Shown here: positions 49,774-59,132 of the stretch, one piece after another
Layout of the letters: each line of letters opens with the position of its first letter
Position numbering within the stretch: position 1 is the stretch's first letter
Sequence record: SRR22947727_5200
DNA: 64,000 nucleotides
Strand: one strand, 5' to 3'
Notes under the pieces: model-generated
Databases searched by the model: none
What the model was told of the DNA's origin: nothing
The model's input: only the letters and a program-made list of their open reading frames with translations
Translations under genes and position numbers: made by a program

Positions 49774-50712
49774 GTGCCCTCTGGAAATCCCCTCACTCGC
49801 CTGCGTCTGAAGGCTCGAGGCCAGATTCTCACCATGCTCTCCGGTGATCCAAATGGTGAACCGGACTGGGTGAAAGCCATCAGCGACGGCTCAGACCAGG
49901 GATACTTCGGTCCGGACTCCGCTGTGTGGCACGTCAATGGCGGTATCCCCGTCATTGTCGCTGGGGTTCGAGCGCTCTTGATGCAGACGCTGCACCCGGG
50001 CGCGATGGCCGGAGTCCACGACCATTCTCGGTATGCGAGCGACCCAATTGGGCGCCTCTCGGGGACGGTGCGGTGGGTGGTGACGACTACGTTTGGATCC
50101 ACTGACACTGTGGGGAACGAAACCTCTCGAGTGTCCAAGCTCCACACTCGCGTGAAAGGCGAGTACCAACCGGGCAACCCACCGGAGACTTCGAAGGCCT
50201 ACTCCGCCCACGATGAAGACCTGATTGCCTGGGTTCACGTGGTCTTCACTGATGCGTTCCTCCGCGCTCACCGCGAGTGGGGCGACACGATTCCCACCGA
50301 CCGCGAGGACGAAAGTGGTGAAGACCGTTACGTCCGCGAGTGGGCGGAAGCAGGACGGCTCATGGGGATGACAAATCCTCCCACGTCAGTGGCAGAGCTC
50401 GAGCGTGCACTCGAGAATTTTCGCCCCGTCCTCCGAGCTGACGATCGCGTGAAGGAAGCGCTGAGATTCTTGACGAAACCCCCGCTCCCCCGGCTCGCAC
50501 GATTGCCCTATTCCATCCTCGTGGGGGGAGCCATCGTCACGATTGACCCTCAGTACCGAGAGATGTTGGGACTCAGAAAACCGTGGTGGCCAGCGTCTTT
50601 CCTGACCAAGCTCATGCTCGTCATCATCGGTCGCACCCTCGGAACAGAGTCCACCAGTAGACAACGCGCCCGTGAGCGCATCTCACGTCTTGCGGGAACT
50701 AGCTCTTACTGA
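49774..50712 (+). CDS. DUF2236/MpaB-like oxygenase family protein
   Basis: FGPDSAVWHV, LMQTLHPGAMAGVHDHS, RL..T, LHTRVKG, YSAHD and WVH. Confidence 0.85.
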   Translation: MPSGNPLTRLRLKARGQILTMLSGDPNGEPDWVKAISDGSDQGYFGPDSAVWHVNGGIPVIVAGVRALLMQTLHPGAMAGVHDHSRYASDPIGRLSGTVRWVVTTTFGSTDTVGNETSRVSKLHTRVKGEYQPGNPPETSKAYSAHDEDLIAWVHVVFTDAFLRAHREWGDTIPTDREDESGEDRYVREWAEAGRLMGMTNPPTSVAELERALENFRPVLRADDRVKEALRFLTKPPLPRLARLPYSILVGGAIVTIDPQYREMLGLRKPWWPASFLTKLMLVIIGRTLGTESTSRQRARERISRLAGTSSY

Positions 50713-51698
50713 ACGCCGAGAATGTCGACAACAAACACGATGGTGTCTGTTGCACCAATGGAGCCATCCGAGGTTCCCCCCGAGGGCCCATACCCGAGCT
50801 CCGGCGGGATGACAATAATCACCCGGGAGCCAACAGTCTGACCAATCAGACCATCACGGAATCCCGTAATGACTCCACCAGTCGGGAAGCTCGCAGGCTC
50901 GCCTCGTTCCCAACTCGAGTCGAAGACTTCTCCAGTGTTCCAGTTGACGCCGTGGTAGTGAACGATGACGACGTCACCGCCACCCACCTCCACGCCATCG
51001 CCTTCAATGACGGTGGCCAGATCAAACTCACTCGGCACATCACCCTCGGGGATCGTCACTGTGGGGGCACCATCAGCGTCATAAGTCACGCTGGGGAATC
51101 CTGCTGGCGGGTCGACAGGCTCACCCTCGATGCGATCCAGAGGGGGTGCGGGGGGTGGCTTAATTTCCACCACATCAACAATGAAGATCAAGGATTCGCC
51201 GGCTCCTAGGCCAAACTCTGGTGCGCCGTCGGGGCCAAAGGCTTCTAGCGGCGGGATAAGGCCCGCCACTCGTGAACCCACGGTCGAGCAGGCTGCCGTC
51301 AGCGAGACGCCGACAAAATTCGGAGCATCGGTGTCGAGCGTCAACACTGTTGGTGACACCTCCGTGTACCCAGACTCTTCGATCAGGTCACCGGTTGAGG
51401 CGTTGTAGAGCGAGTAATCAATCGACAAAATGTCGCCATCTTGAACCTCGGGACCATCACCCTCGATGATGACGGAGCGCTGAGTCACCACCGCAGATAG
51501 CGGAGCATCAAAGGTCACTGATGGAGTTGCACCGAACTCACCCGAAATGGCAATCGATTCAACCTCAGCGCCACTGGGAGTGCAGCCTTCGGCCACAGCA
51601 AGGGCTTGCTCCACACTCTCCTCGGGGGCATCTGCGGCGCATCCAGCGAGAACGAGGAGACCCGAAAGGCCCAGGGCAACAGAGAGAGATTGCTTCAC
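50706..51698 (-). CDS. Lipoprotein with two FKBP-type PPIase domains
   Basis: Lipobox LAGC; C-terminal domain VHYHG...FDSSWERG...VITG...IPPELGYG; degenerate first domain. Confidence 0.9.
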   Translation of the reverse strand: MKQSLSVALGLSGLLVLAGCAADAPEESVEQALAVAEGCTPSGAEVESIAISGEFGATPSVTFDAPLSAVVTQRSVIIEGDGPEVQDGDILSIDYSLYNASTGDLIEESGYTEVSPTVLTLDTDAPNFVGVSLTAACSTVGSRVAGLIPPLEAFGPDGAPEFGLGAGESLIFIVDVVEIKPPPAPPLDRIEGEPVDPPAGFPSVTYDADGAPTVTIPEGDVPSEFDLATVIEGDGVEVGGGDVVIVHYHGVNWNTGEVFDSSWERGEPASFPTGGVITGFRDGLIGQTVGSRVIIVIPPELGYGPSGGTSDGSIGATDTIVFVVDILGVQ

Positions 51699-51758
51699 CA
51701 GAAGCCTTTCGATGGGGTCGCAAGAACCAGCCCATCCTGACAGGTCTCCCCTATGCAA

Positions 51759-52232
51759 TCAATCTGAGGTGGCCACCCGAGTCAAGGGCTCGTGGCGAAC
51801 AGGGAAGTTGACCGAGTTGGCAATAAAGCACAGTTGACTCGCGCGATGGTGAAGGTCTGGCACCACGGCGGGATCCCCCTCAGAAATCTCAATGTGGGGC
51901 CGGAGCGTCACCTCGGTCACGTGCCCAGAACCGTCCGGGCGGGTTTCCAGGATCCCCGACGCCTGGTCTTCGTAGTGTTCAACAATCACTCCAGCGGCTT
52001 GAGCGACGTGGAGAAAGCTCAGCATGTGGCATTGCGAGAGCGCCGCAATCAAGAGCTCTTCCGGGTTCCACCGGGTGACATCACCGTGGAACGCTTTGTC
52101 GGAAGATCCTTGAATCTCCTGCTTACCGTCCGCGCGAATTACGTGCGCTCGTGAGTACGCCTTGTAGTCACTGGTGCCGGATCCCAAGTTCCCCATCCAC
52201 AGGGTTTCCAGCGCAAAGTGATGGCGATTCAT
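51759..52232 (-). CDS. OsmC/Ohr-family protein
   Basis: WNPEELLIAALSQCHMLSFL and CFIANSV. Confidence 0.9.
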   Translation of the reverse strand: MNRHHFALETLWMGNLGSGTSDYKAYSRAHVIRADGKQEIQGSSDKAFHGDVTRWNPEELLIAALSQCHMLSFLHVAQAAGVIVEHYEDQASGILETRPDGSGHVTEVTLRPHIEISEGDPAVVPDLHHRASQLCFIANSVNFPVRHEPLTRVATSD

Positions 52233-52294
52233 GCTTCCACTCTAGGCGCCCGTCGACCAGGAATTACAAGGTTCCAGGTCTACACTGAGGGGCT

Positions 52295-53635
52295 ATGACT
52301 GACACGCTTTCTCACCCACCCACGTCGAGCACCTCTGCTCGCATTGTCACCGAGATTCCCGGTCCTCGCTCGAAAGAAATGCACGAGCGCCGCGTCAAGA
52401 CTGTGTCCGCGGGAGTTGCCGCGACCTTCCCCATTTACGCAGCCAGCGCCCACGACGCGGTCATCGAAGACGTTGATGGCAACCGCTTTATTGACTTCAC
52501 CGGCGGTATCGGGGTGATGACCGTAGGTCACACCAACGACGCCGTGGTCCATGCCGTGGCCGATCAGGCATCCAAGGTCACCCACACACTTTTTGCTGTA
52601 GCCGGGTACGAGCCCTACATCGAGGTCTGTGAGCTTCTCGCGAAGCACACTCCCGGAAACTTCGCGAAGAAGTCCGTGCTTGTCAACTCTGGAGCCGAGG
52701 CTGTCGAAAACGCGGTCAAAATTGCCCGCAAGCACACGGGTCGCACCGAGGTCGCCGTGTTGCACCACGGGTACCACGGCCGCACCAACTTGACCTCCGC
52801 CATGAACTACAACATGCACCCCTACGGGACCGGTTTTGGTCCTCTCGCAGGCTCGGTGCACCACGCTCCCAACTCCTCTCCTTTCCACGATGGACTCTCC
52901 GGCGCTGAAGCGGCCGAGCGCACCATCACCTACCTGGAGAAGCGCGTGGGGGCAAGCCAGATTGCCTGCCTCGTGGTGGAGCCGATTCAGGGTGAGGGAG
53001 GCTTCATTGTCCCCGCCGAGGGTTACCTCCAGGCACTCGTGGATTGGTGTCACGCGAATGGCATCGTCTATGTGTCTGACGAAGTACAGAGCGGAATGGC
53101 TCGCACCGGCGCCTATTTCGCCAGCGAGCACTTTGGTATTGAACCGGACCTGGTGACAAGCGCTAAAGGCATCGGTGGCGGTATGCCAATTGCCGCAGTC
53201 ACCGGACGTGCCGAGATTATGGATGCTTCTCACCCCGGTGGTTTGGGCGGAACATTCGGAGGCAACCCGGTCTCCTGCGCAGCAGTGGTCGCTGTGTTCT
53301 CCGAGGTCGACAAGCGCGGCCTCTTGAACGAGGCGAAGCGTGTAGAAAAGACACTCAAGCCAGCGCTTCTCGACCTTCAGGCTAAATACCCGGTCATTGC
53401 TGATGTCCGAGGAATGGGAGCCATGCTCGCTATCGAGTTCATGGACCCCACCACTGGAAAACCCGCTCCCGAGGTTGCCAAGGCTGTACAAACCCATGCT
53501 CTGCACGCTGGTGTCTTGATCCTCACTGCCGGAACTTTCGGCAACGTGCTGCGATTCCTGCCCCCCGTGGTCATCACAGACGACCAGCTTCTCGAAGCTG
53601 TCGCTGTGATGGATGACGCACTCGCCTCGCTCTAA
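52295..53635 (+). CDS. gabT: 4-aminobutyrate aminotransferase (class III PLP enzyme)
   Basis: DFTGGIGV, NSGAEAVENA, YHGRT, EPIQGEGG, DEVQSG and SAKG. Confidence 0.9.
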   Translation: MTDTLSHPPTSSTSARIVTEIPGPRSKEMHERRVKTVSAGVAATFPIYAASAHDAVIEDVDGNRFIDFTGGIGVMTVGHTNDAVVHAVADQASKVTHTLFAVAGYEPYIEVCELLAKHTPGNFAKKSVLVNSGAEAVENAVKIARKHTGRTEVAVLHHGYHGRTNLTSAMNYNMHPYGTGFGPLAGSVHHAPNSSPFHDGLSGAEAAERTITYLEKRVGASQIACLVVEPIQGEGGFIVPAEGYLQALVDWCHANGIVYVSDEVQSGMARTGAYFASEHFGIEPDLVTSAKGIGGGMPIAAVTGRAEIMDASHPGGLGGTFGGNPVSCAAVVAVFSEVDKRGLLNEAKRVEKTLKPALLDLQAKYPVIADVRGMGAMLAIEFMDPTTGKPAPEVAKAVQTHALHAGVLILTAGTFGNVLRFLPPVVITDDQLLEAVAVMDDALASL

Positions 53636-54611
53636 TCCAGTGGCTGCTGCGTGGCTGGGCGCCAACGACGGTGTCGTTGTCGCTGATCTAGTGCGTGATG
53701 GCCACGTAGAGTCCCTTCATCACGGAGTGCTCGCCGTTGTCGACCACGAGGGAACAACGCTGCTGGAGCGGGGCAACCCCGACGCAATTGTGTATCCGCG
53801 CTCAACACTGAAGCCCCTACAAGCTCTAGCGGTTCTCGAGACTGGCATTGCGCTTAGTTCCCTGAACCTCACACTGACCACTGCGAGCCACTCTGGATCC
53901 AGTAGACACCGCGACGCGGTCCTGGCATTTCTGCGCGCCTATGGACTTGAGGAGTCATCGTTGCAGTGCCCTCACGACTTGCCACTGGGGAGTGCTGAGC
54001 GAGCAGAGTTCTTGGCCGAAGGCCACGAACCCAGCCGCCTCGCGATGAATTGCTCCGGTAAACATGCTGGCTTCTTGGCTGCCTGCACTCATGCTGGCTA
54101 CTCCACCGAGGACTATCTCAGCCTCGAGCACCCGCTCCAACGCAGCATCACCGAAACCATCACCCGCTATGCCGAAGAGGCCCCCGCCTTCACCTCGCGA
54201 GATGGCTGTGGTGCACCGCTGCACGCACTCAGTCTTCGCGGGCTTGCCCGCGCAATCGCAAAGGTTGCCGGCGCCCAGACCCCCCACGAACAACAGTTGA
54301 GCGCTGCTGTTCGAGACAACTCCTGGGCGATTGATGGCGAGGGCCGCAACAACACCGTGACCATCGAGACAGTGGGAGGAATCGCCAAGATTGGGGCCGA
54401 GGGTCTTGTAGTGATCGGAACCCCGTCAGGAGTGGCTGTGGCGGTGAAAATCCTGGACGGATCCATGAGGGCGACCTCACTGGTTGCGCTCGCCGCACTG
54501 GAAAGCGTGGGCGCGATTTCCGCCACCGATGCCTCTGCCCTGAGCGAGCGGATGGCTCATCCCGCGACCGGCGGTGACGCCATTATCGGGGGCTTACAAG
54601 TCCGGATATAG
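53613..54611 (+). CDS. L-asparaginase II (Rhizobium etli-type, class 3) family; start uncertain
   Basis: RSTLKPLQA, ASHSG, NCSGKH, DGCGAP and AKIGAEG. Confidence 0.88.
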   Translation: MTHSPRSNPVAAAWLGANDGVVVADLVRDGHVESLHHGVLAVVDHEGTTLLERGNPDAIVYPRSTLKPLQALAVLETGIALSSLNLTLTTASHSGSSRHRDAVLAFLRAYGLEESSLQCPHDLPLGSAERAEFLAEGHEPSRLAMNCSGKHAGFLAACTHAGYSTEDYLSLEHPLQRSITETITRYAEEAPAFTSRDGCGAPLHALSLRGLARAIAKVAGAQTPHEQQLSAAVRDNSWAIDGEGRNNTVTIETVGGIAKIGAEGLVVIGTPSGVAVAVKILDGSMRATSLVALAALESVGAISATDASALSERMAHPATGGDAIIGGLQVRI

Positions 54612-54702
54612 TCTCAGAGGTGCAGGATTCCCAGCGATTCTGACCTGCCCTCACACGACGAAGTGTCGGGGCATCACATTCCCACAATTGAGGTGACACG
54701 TC

Positions 54703-55815
54703 ATGAAGATTTCGGTTATTCGCGAAATCAAGAACAACGAATTCCGAGTTGCAATGACCCCGGCAGGTGTCCGGGATCTTGTGACCGGTGGACATCAGGT
54801 CACTGTCGAAACTGGTGCGGGACTCGGCTCAGGAATTACCGACGAGGACTATGTCGCTGAGGGCGCGAGCATCGCACCTGATGCCGCATCAGCCTGGAAT
54901 TCCGCTGAGATGGTCGTCAAAGTCAAAGAACCTATCGCGAGCGAGTATCAGTATTTCCGCTCGGATCTCCTGCTCTTCACCTACCTACACCTCGCGGCGG
55001 AGCCCGAGCTGACCCAAGCACTCCTAGACGCGGGCACGACTTCCATCGCCTACGAGACAGTGCAAGGCCCCACCGGAGGCCTTCCTTTGCTTGCTCCCAT
55101 GAGTGAGGTTGCAGGCCGACTCTCGTCCATCGTGGGTGCTGCCACCCTCCTGAAGCCAGCCGGTGGCATGGGGCTGCTCGTTCCCGGTGTCCCCGGAACG
55201 AGGCCCGCCAACGTCGTCGTTCTCGGTGGTGGAGTAGCCGGGACAAACGCAGTGTCTGTCGCAGTGGGGCTCGGAGCCGAGGTCACGGTCCTCGACACAA
55301 ACCTTCAGCGCCTGAAAGAGCTTGATGCTCTCTATGCCGGGCGCATCAAGACTGCAGCGTCCAACTCTCTCGAAATTGAGCGGGCCTGTCTCGCCGCTGA
55401 TCTCGTCATTGGCTCGGTGTTGATTCCAGGAGCGAAAGCCCCCAAGCTCGTCTCGCTTGACCTGGTCTCCCGAATGAAGCCGGGAAGTGTACTGGTTGAC
55501 ATTGCGGTGGACCAGGGTGGTTGCTTCGAAGGCTCGAAGCCCACCACCCACGCTGATCCAACCTTCCAGGTTCACAACAGCACCTACTACTGCGTGGCCA
55601 ACATGCCAGGTGCTGTGCCCCAAACCTCCACGGTCGCTCTCACCAATGCCACGATGCGCTACGTCAACGCTCTGGCCAATAAAGGCTGGAAGAAAGCGTT
55701 GTCCGAGGACGCGGGGTTGGCCTTGGGGTTGAGCACTGACGCCGGCATTTTGACCAACGAAGCTGTGGGTGTTGCTCACGGCATTGACGCGGTCACGCCT
55801 TCCACCAGGCTCTAG
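54703..55815 (+). CDS. ald: Alanine dehydrogenase
   Basis: EIKNNEFRV, KVKEP, FTYLHLA, PMSEVAGR, DQGGC and NMPG. Confidence 0.97.
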   Translation: MKISVIREIKNNEFRVAMTPAGVRDLVTGGHQVTVETGAGLGSGITDEDYVAEGASIAPDAASAWNSAEMVVKVKEPIASEYQYFRSDLLLFTYLHLAAEPELTQALLDAGTTSIAYETVQGPTGGLPLLAPMSEVAGRLSSIVGAATLLKPAGGMGLLVPGVPGTRPANVVVLGGGVAGTNAVSVAVGLGAEVTVLDTNLQRLKELDALYAGRIKTAASNSLEIERACLAADLVIGSVLIPGAKAPKLVSLDLVSRMKPGSVLVDIAVDQGGCFEGSKPTTHADPTFQVHNSTYYCVANMPGAVPQTSTVALTNATMRYVNALANKGWKKALSEDAGLALGLSTDAGILTNEAVGVAHGIDAVTPSTRL

Positions 55816-58195
55816 TTGTCAGCTCGAACCTGTCCTTCCGCCACACCAGGAGGACAGGTTCGGGGATCGGCAGTGGAGGCGGGTGAATACGTCCCAAGGT
55901 CGCTCCGCGCATATCGCTGGGGCTTACGCCATCGAGAATGATGTCGCTCCGATCCGCAACCTCATGCCAGCGTCGCGCCAATTCCTCCGGTGATAACACG
56001 AGCGCAATGGGTGCTCCTGCCCAGGATTCGGGGGACCGAGTAATGACACAGGCGCCACTGTCGGGAATGAGGCGAGGACTCGCTTCCTCTACCAACGCCA
56101 CAGCTCCACGAGCTATCTGGAGCGTTTCTTCGCGGTAGCGCGCACGCCCCGGGATAGTTGAGGCCACCCCGCCCAACACCTCCCTCACCTCAGCCTTTGC
56201 CACTGCCAACACGATCGTGTCCTCGGCCACGCGAGCTACTGCTCGCTGGTGTCGCGAGTCGGGTTTTATCGACATCAGCAGTGGTGACCGGCAGCTCTGC
56301 AGCAACTCGAGGAGAACATGTGCTCCCTCTTCTCCCGCCAGGGAGAGGGTGAAATCGAGGTCATCAAGCACGATTGCCCCCTCCCCCGTGCCATGCGTCC
56401 ACCAGAACCAGAGCAGGAAGGGGTGCTGCGGGGCACGGACGACCTCCGTCCTCAAGCTGGCAAGCGTGTGGAGTGCTGTTGTCTTTCCACTCCCCGCATC
56501 CCCCACTACGAGGCACGACGCCGGTGGGGCGTCTTCTCGACCAAGAGCTCGATGAATTCCCGCGGGAACATCATCGACGAGACCCCAGCTCTCCGCTGTG
56601 ATCGCTACCTCCTGGGGTAGAGGATCTGCCCAGACTCGCCAGGGAGAGCGTTCTCCCGGTGAAGCAGGCTCGTCGGCGCGAGCAACACTGTGGAGGGCTG
56701 GCTTCAGGGACGCTCCGGCAAGAATTACCTCCCCCGGTGCAAGGTGTCGAACCTTGTCGCGCAAAGAGACGGTGAGGTCGGGAATCCAGGAGAGTGCATC
56801 TGCTTCGTCGATGACCCTTCCGCAGATGCGGAGGGAGATGTTGGCCATCATGGCGTGGGAGAGAGCACCCGTCACCCGTTGGGTGGAGAGGATGACGTGA
56901 ACACCCAGAGACCGCCCCCTGGCCAACACATCTGACAGCGCAGACGGAAACTCCGGAAAGTTGGCGAGTAGCCAGGCGGCCTCATCAATCACCACGACCA
57001 GGCGAGGCAGCGGCACCTCCTGGGCCACCTCCGAAATGTCCGAAACACCGTGGGTGTGGAGAATTCTCTCTCGTCGCAAGAGCTCTGAGTGCAATCCCAC
57101 AAGCGCGCGGGATGCTCCCTCCCCGTCCATGTCGGTAATGGACCCGATTGTGTGGGGAAGGCCCTGAAGGGTGCGCAAACCTGCTCCACCTTTGAAATCA
57201 ATCAGCACGCACACCAGAGACTCGGGCGGATACCGCCGGGCGAGGCTTTGCACGAGCGCAGTCACGGTCACACTTTTGCCACTGCCCGTCGCTCCCCAAA
57301 CCACCGCATGGGGGCCCTCTCGAACAAGATCCCACTGTGGCGAGTTCGGGGACAGGGAGCACCAGAGTGTCTTTCGTGGACTCTCCTCACGTGAAACGTC
57401 CTCGCTCCGCATCTCCTCGAGTGCGCCACAGTGGCGGAGAATCCAGTGCGCTTGTGCGATGGAGAGTTGATCGGGAAGCGTGGAAAACGACGTAACCCCG
57501 GTTGACCGGACCTCCACCGTCGGGTGAGGGCCAGCCACGATCACGACGGCACAGTCCTCGGGGACATCTTCCAGTGTGGCTACCCAGTGGGCATCCGATA
57601 ATTCCGTCACGGAGTGCGGAAGCTCCCCGCGGGTATCAAGACGAAGAGTTCCAGCCCCCGCCAGGGCCCAAGTCACCGCGATTGTCCGCCACAGCCCTAC
57701 CCAAGACTCATCACCCACGAGGGTGATGCTCTGATGAGGGTCCACGACGCTGGGCATCCCGGCCATCCCTGGTGTCCCCCAGAGTGCGTGCCCCTCGGGA
57801 AAGTGTGCCCACCCCAGCCCGATTCGGCAGCCATGCTCGAGCAGCGCCGATCGTCGCCACAGCGGTTGTGAGGTGGCCTCCAGGATGGAGGGACGGAGCG
57901 CAAGAGCTCGAGCCTTCTCGCGGGAGCGAATATCCGAGACTTCCTGCTCGTACTGTGCCTTCGCTTCTGAATATTCGTCGAGCTCGCGCTTTCTCACCCG
58001 CGAGACTTGGCGGCGGGATTCATACCAACTGCCCACAACCATGGCAGGGCCCAGTAAACCCATGATGAGCGCAAGAACCTGCTGGAAGATCACGGACATC
58101 ACCAGAGCCAGGATTACCGGGGTCACGGCAGCGATCCAGGGCAGGGGTGCTGGGGTGAGGGGAGCCGGAGGCTTCGGAACCTGAAGGGTGGGCAC
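55793..58195 (-). CDS. FtsK/SpoIIIE-domain ATPase with EccC-like architecture, shortened
   Basis: N-terminal TM hairpin; domain 1 GATGSGKS, IDFKGG, VVVIDE, GRSLGVH, STQR; second Walker A GDAGSGKT with IVLDD; no DNA-binding gamma domain. Confidence 0.85.
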   Translation of the reverse strand: MPTLQVPKPPAPLTPAPLPWIAAVTPVILALVMSVIFQQVLALIMGLLGPAMVVGSWYESRRQVSRVRKRELDEYSEAKAQYEQEVSDIRSREKARALALRPSILEATSQPLWRRSALLEHGCRIGLGWAHFPEGHALWGTPGMAGMPSVVDPHQSITLVGDESWVGLWRTIAVTWALAGAGTLRLDTRGELPHSVTELSDAHWVATLEDVPEDCAVVIVAGPHPTVEVRSTGVTSFSTLPDQLSIAQAHWILRHCGALEEMRSEDVSREESPRKTLWCSLSPNSPQWDLVREGPHAVVWGATGSGKSVTVTALVQSLARRYPPESLVCVLIDFKGGAGLRTLQGLPHTIGSITDMDGEGASRALVGLHSELLRRERILHTHGVSDISEVAQEVPLPRLVVVIDEAAWLLANFPEFPSALSDVLARGRSLGVHVILSTQRVTGALSHAMMANISLRICGRVIDEADALSWIPDLTVSLRDKVRHLAPGEVILAGASLKPALHSVARADEPASPGERSPWRVWADPLPQEVAITAESWGLVDDVPAGIHRALGREDAPPASCLVVGDAGSGKTTALHTLASLRTEVVRAPQHPFLLWFWWTHGTGEGAIVLDDLDFTLSLAGEEGAHVLLELLQSCRSPLLMSIKPDSRHQRAVARVAEDTIVLAVAKAEVREVLGGVASTIPGRARYREETLQIARGAVALVEEASPRLIPDSGACVITRSPESWAGAPIALVLSPEELARRWHEVADRSDIILDGVSPSDMRGATLGRIHPPPLPIPEPVLLVWRKDRFELTTRAWWKA

Positions 58196-58263
58196 CGCGG
58201 CAGTACAGCATGATGCTCGAGGGCTTCAGGCATTCCCCGCCATCGCCCGAGAAAACTCAGTGC

Positions 58264-58279
58264 TCCCCAGGAGTGGGGA
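58264..58279. promoter_or_regulatory. 16-bp palindromic site TCCCC-N6-GGGGA (copy 2)
   Basis: Gene strand TCCCCACTCCTGGGGA, 68 nt upstream of the ATPase GTG. Confidence 0.5.
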
Positions 58280-58284
58280 CAGCT

Positions 58285-59004
58285 TTAGTGCAGGGTGAAG
58301 GAGAGTGACCCGAGAGTCACCGTGGAGCCACGCACCAAGGAATAGGCGTCATACGGGATGCACTGGAGGGCTCTGGCACCTGGTTCCTCCACCACGGTGC
58401 CATTAACGGTCTTCAAGTCCTTCACCCAGAAGACACCATTCTTCACCCCGAACTCGAGGTGTTCCGGTGCAACCGTGTCAGTGTCGTCATCGACTGTGAT
58501 GCGTTGTAAGTCGGAGGGGTCTTGGTCGCTCACCGGCTTCACCCCGATAATCCCTGGCATCTCGCCCACAGTGATCTGGGGGCCGTGGGAAAACTTCAGC
58601 ACGAAACGAATCGGTGCGCGCTGGGTTCGAGGCTTCTGCGTCGCTACCCGCTCGGCCTCCTCAATATCAAACAGCGACATCACCTGAGTGGGCTCTTCCT
58701 CGGGAACAGAGACGGGTTCGCTCGCGTCTGGCTCAGGCTGACTATCGGTTTTCTTCCCCAGGTTCAGGCTCCGACGAAGCCACCCGGTGGCTTTGGAGAG
58801 AGTATCGGGCTCGTCCTCCGGCTCCGCCGAGGTATTCTCAGCCGGTGCCTCCACAGCACCAGGTTCTGGAGTGGGAGGAGCCGGTTTGGGTCGAACCATC
58901 GACTGGCCGCACTGGGGGCAGAAAAGGCTGGAGGCTGGCACCGGGTCACCACACCGACTGCACGGGGCAGGAGGTGTCACAGCCTGGGCATCGAAAAGAC
59001 TCAT
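58285..59004 (-). CDS. Zinc-ribbon plus degenerate FHA-domain protein
   Basis: CSRC-x10-CPQC, Pro/Glu linker, FHA-like IIGVKP...TVAPEHLEF...WVKDLKTVNGT. Confidence 0.8.
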   Translation of the reverse strand: MSLFDAQAVTPPAPCSRCGDPVPASSLFCPQCGQSMVRPKPAPPTPEPGAVEAPAENTSAEPEDEPDTLSKATGWLRRSLNLGKKTDSQPEPDASEPVSVPEEEPTQVMSLFDIEEAERVATQKPRTQRAPIRFVLKFSHGPQITVGEMPGIIGVKPVSDQDPSDLQRITVDDDTDTVAPEHLEFGVKNGVFWVKDLKTVNGTVVEEPGARALQCIPYDAYSLVRGSTVTLGSLSFTLH

Positions 59005-59132
59005 CGAAGGTCAGGCTACACAGCATCGCCTGGCCTTCCAGGGAGCACACACGAGGTATCGCCACGCGCGCTTGACACCAGGTTTTTCTGGGTGAACTCG
59101 GGGACAATGGGGGAGCTTGGAAAGGGTTCAGT

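Noticed and set aside
52280..53665. 461-aa ORF on the - strand
   Set aside because: Antisense shadow of gabT with no recognisable domain.
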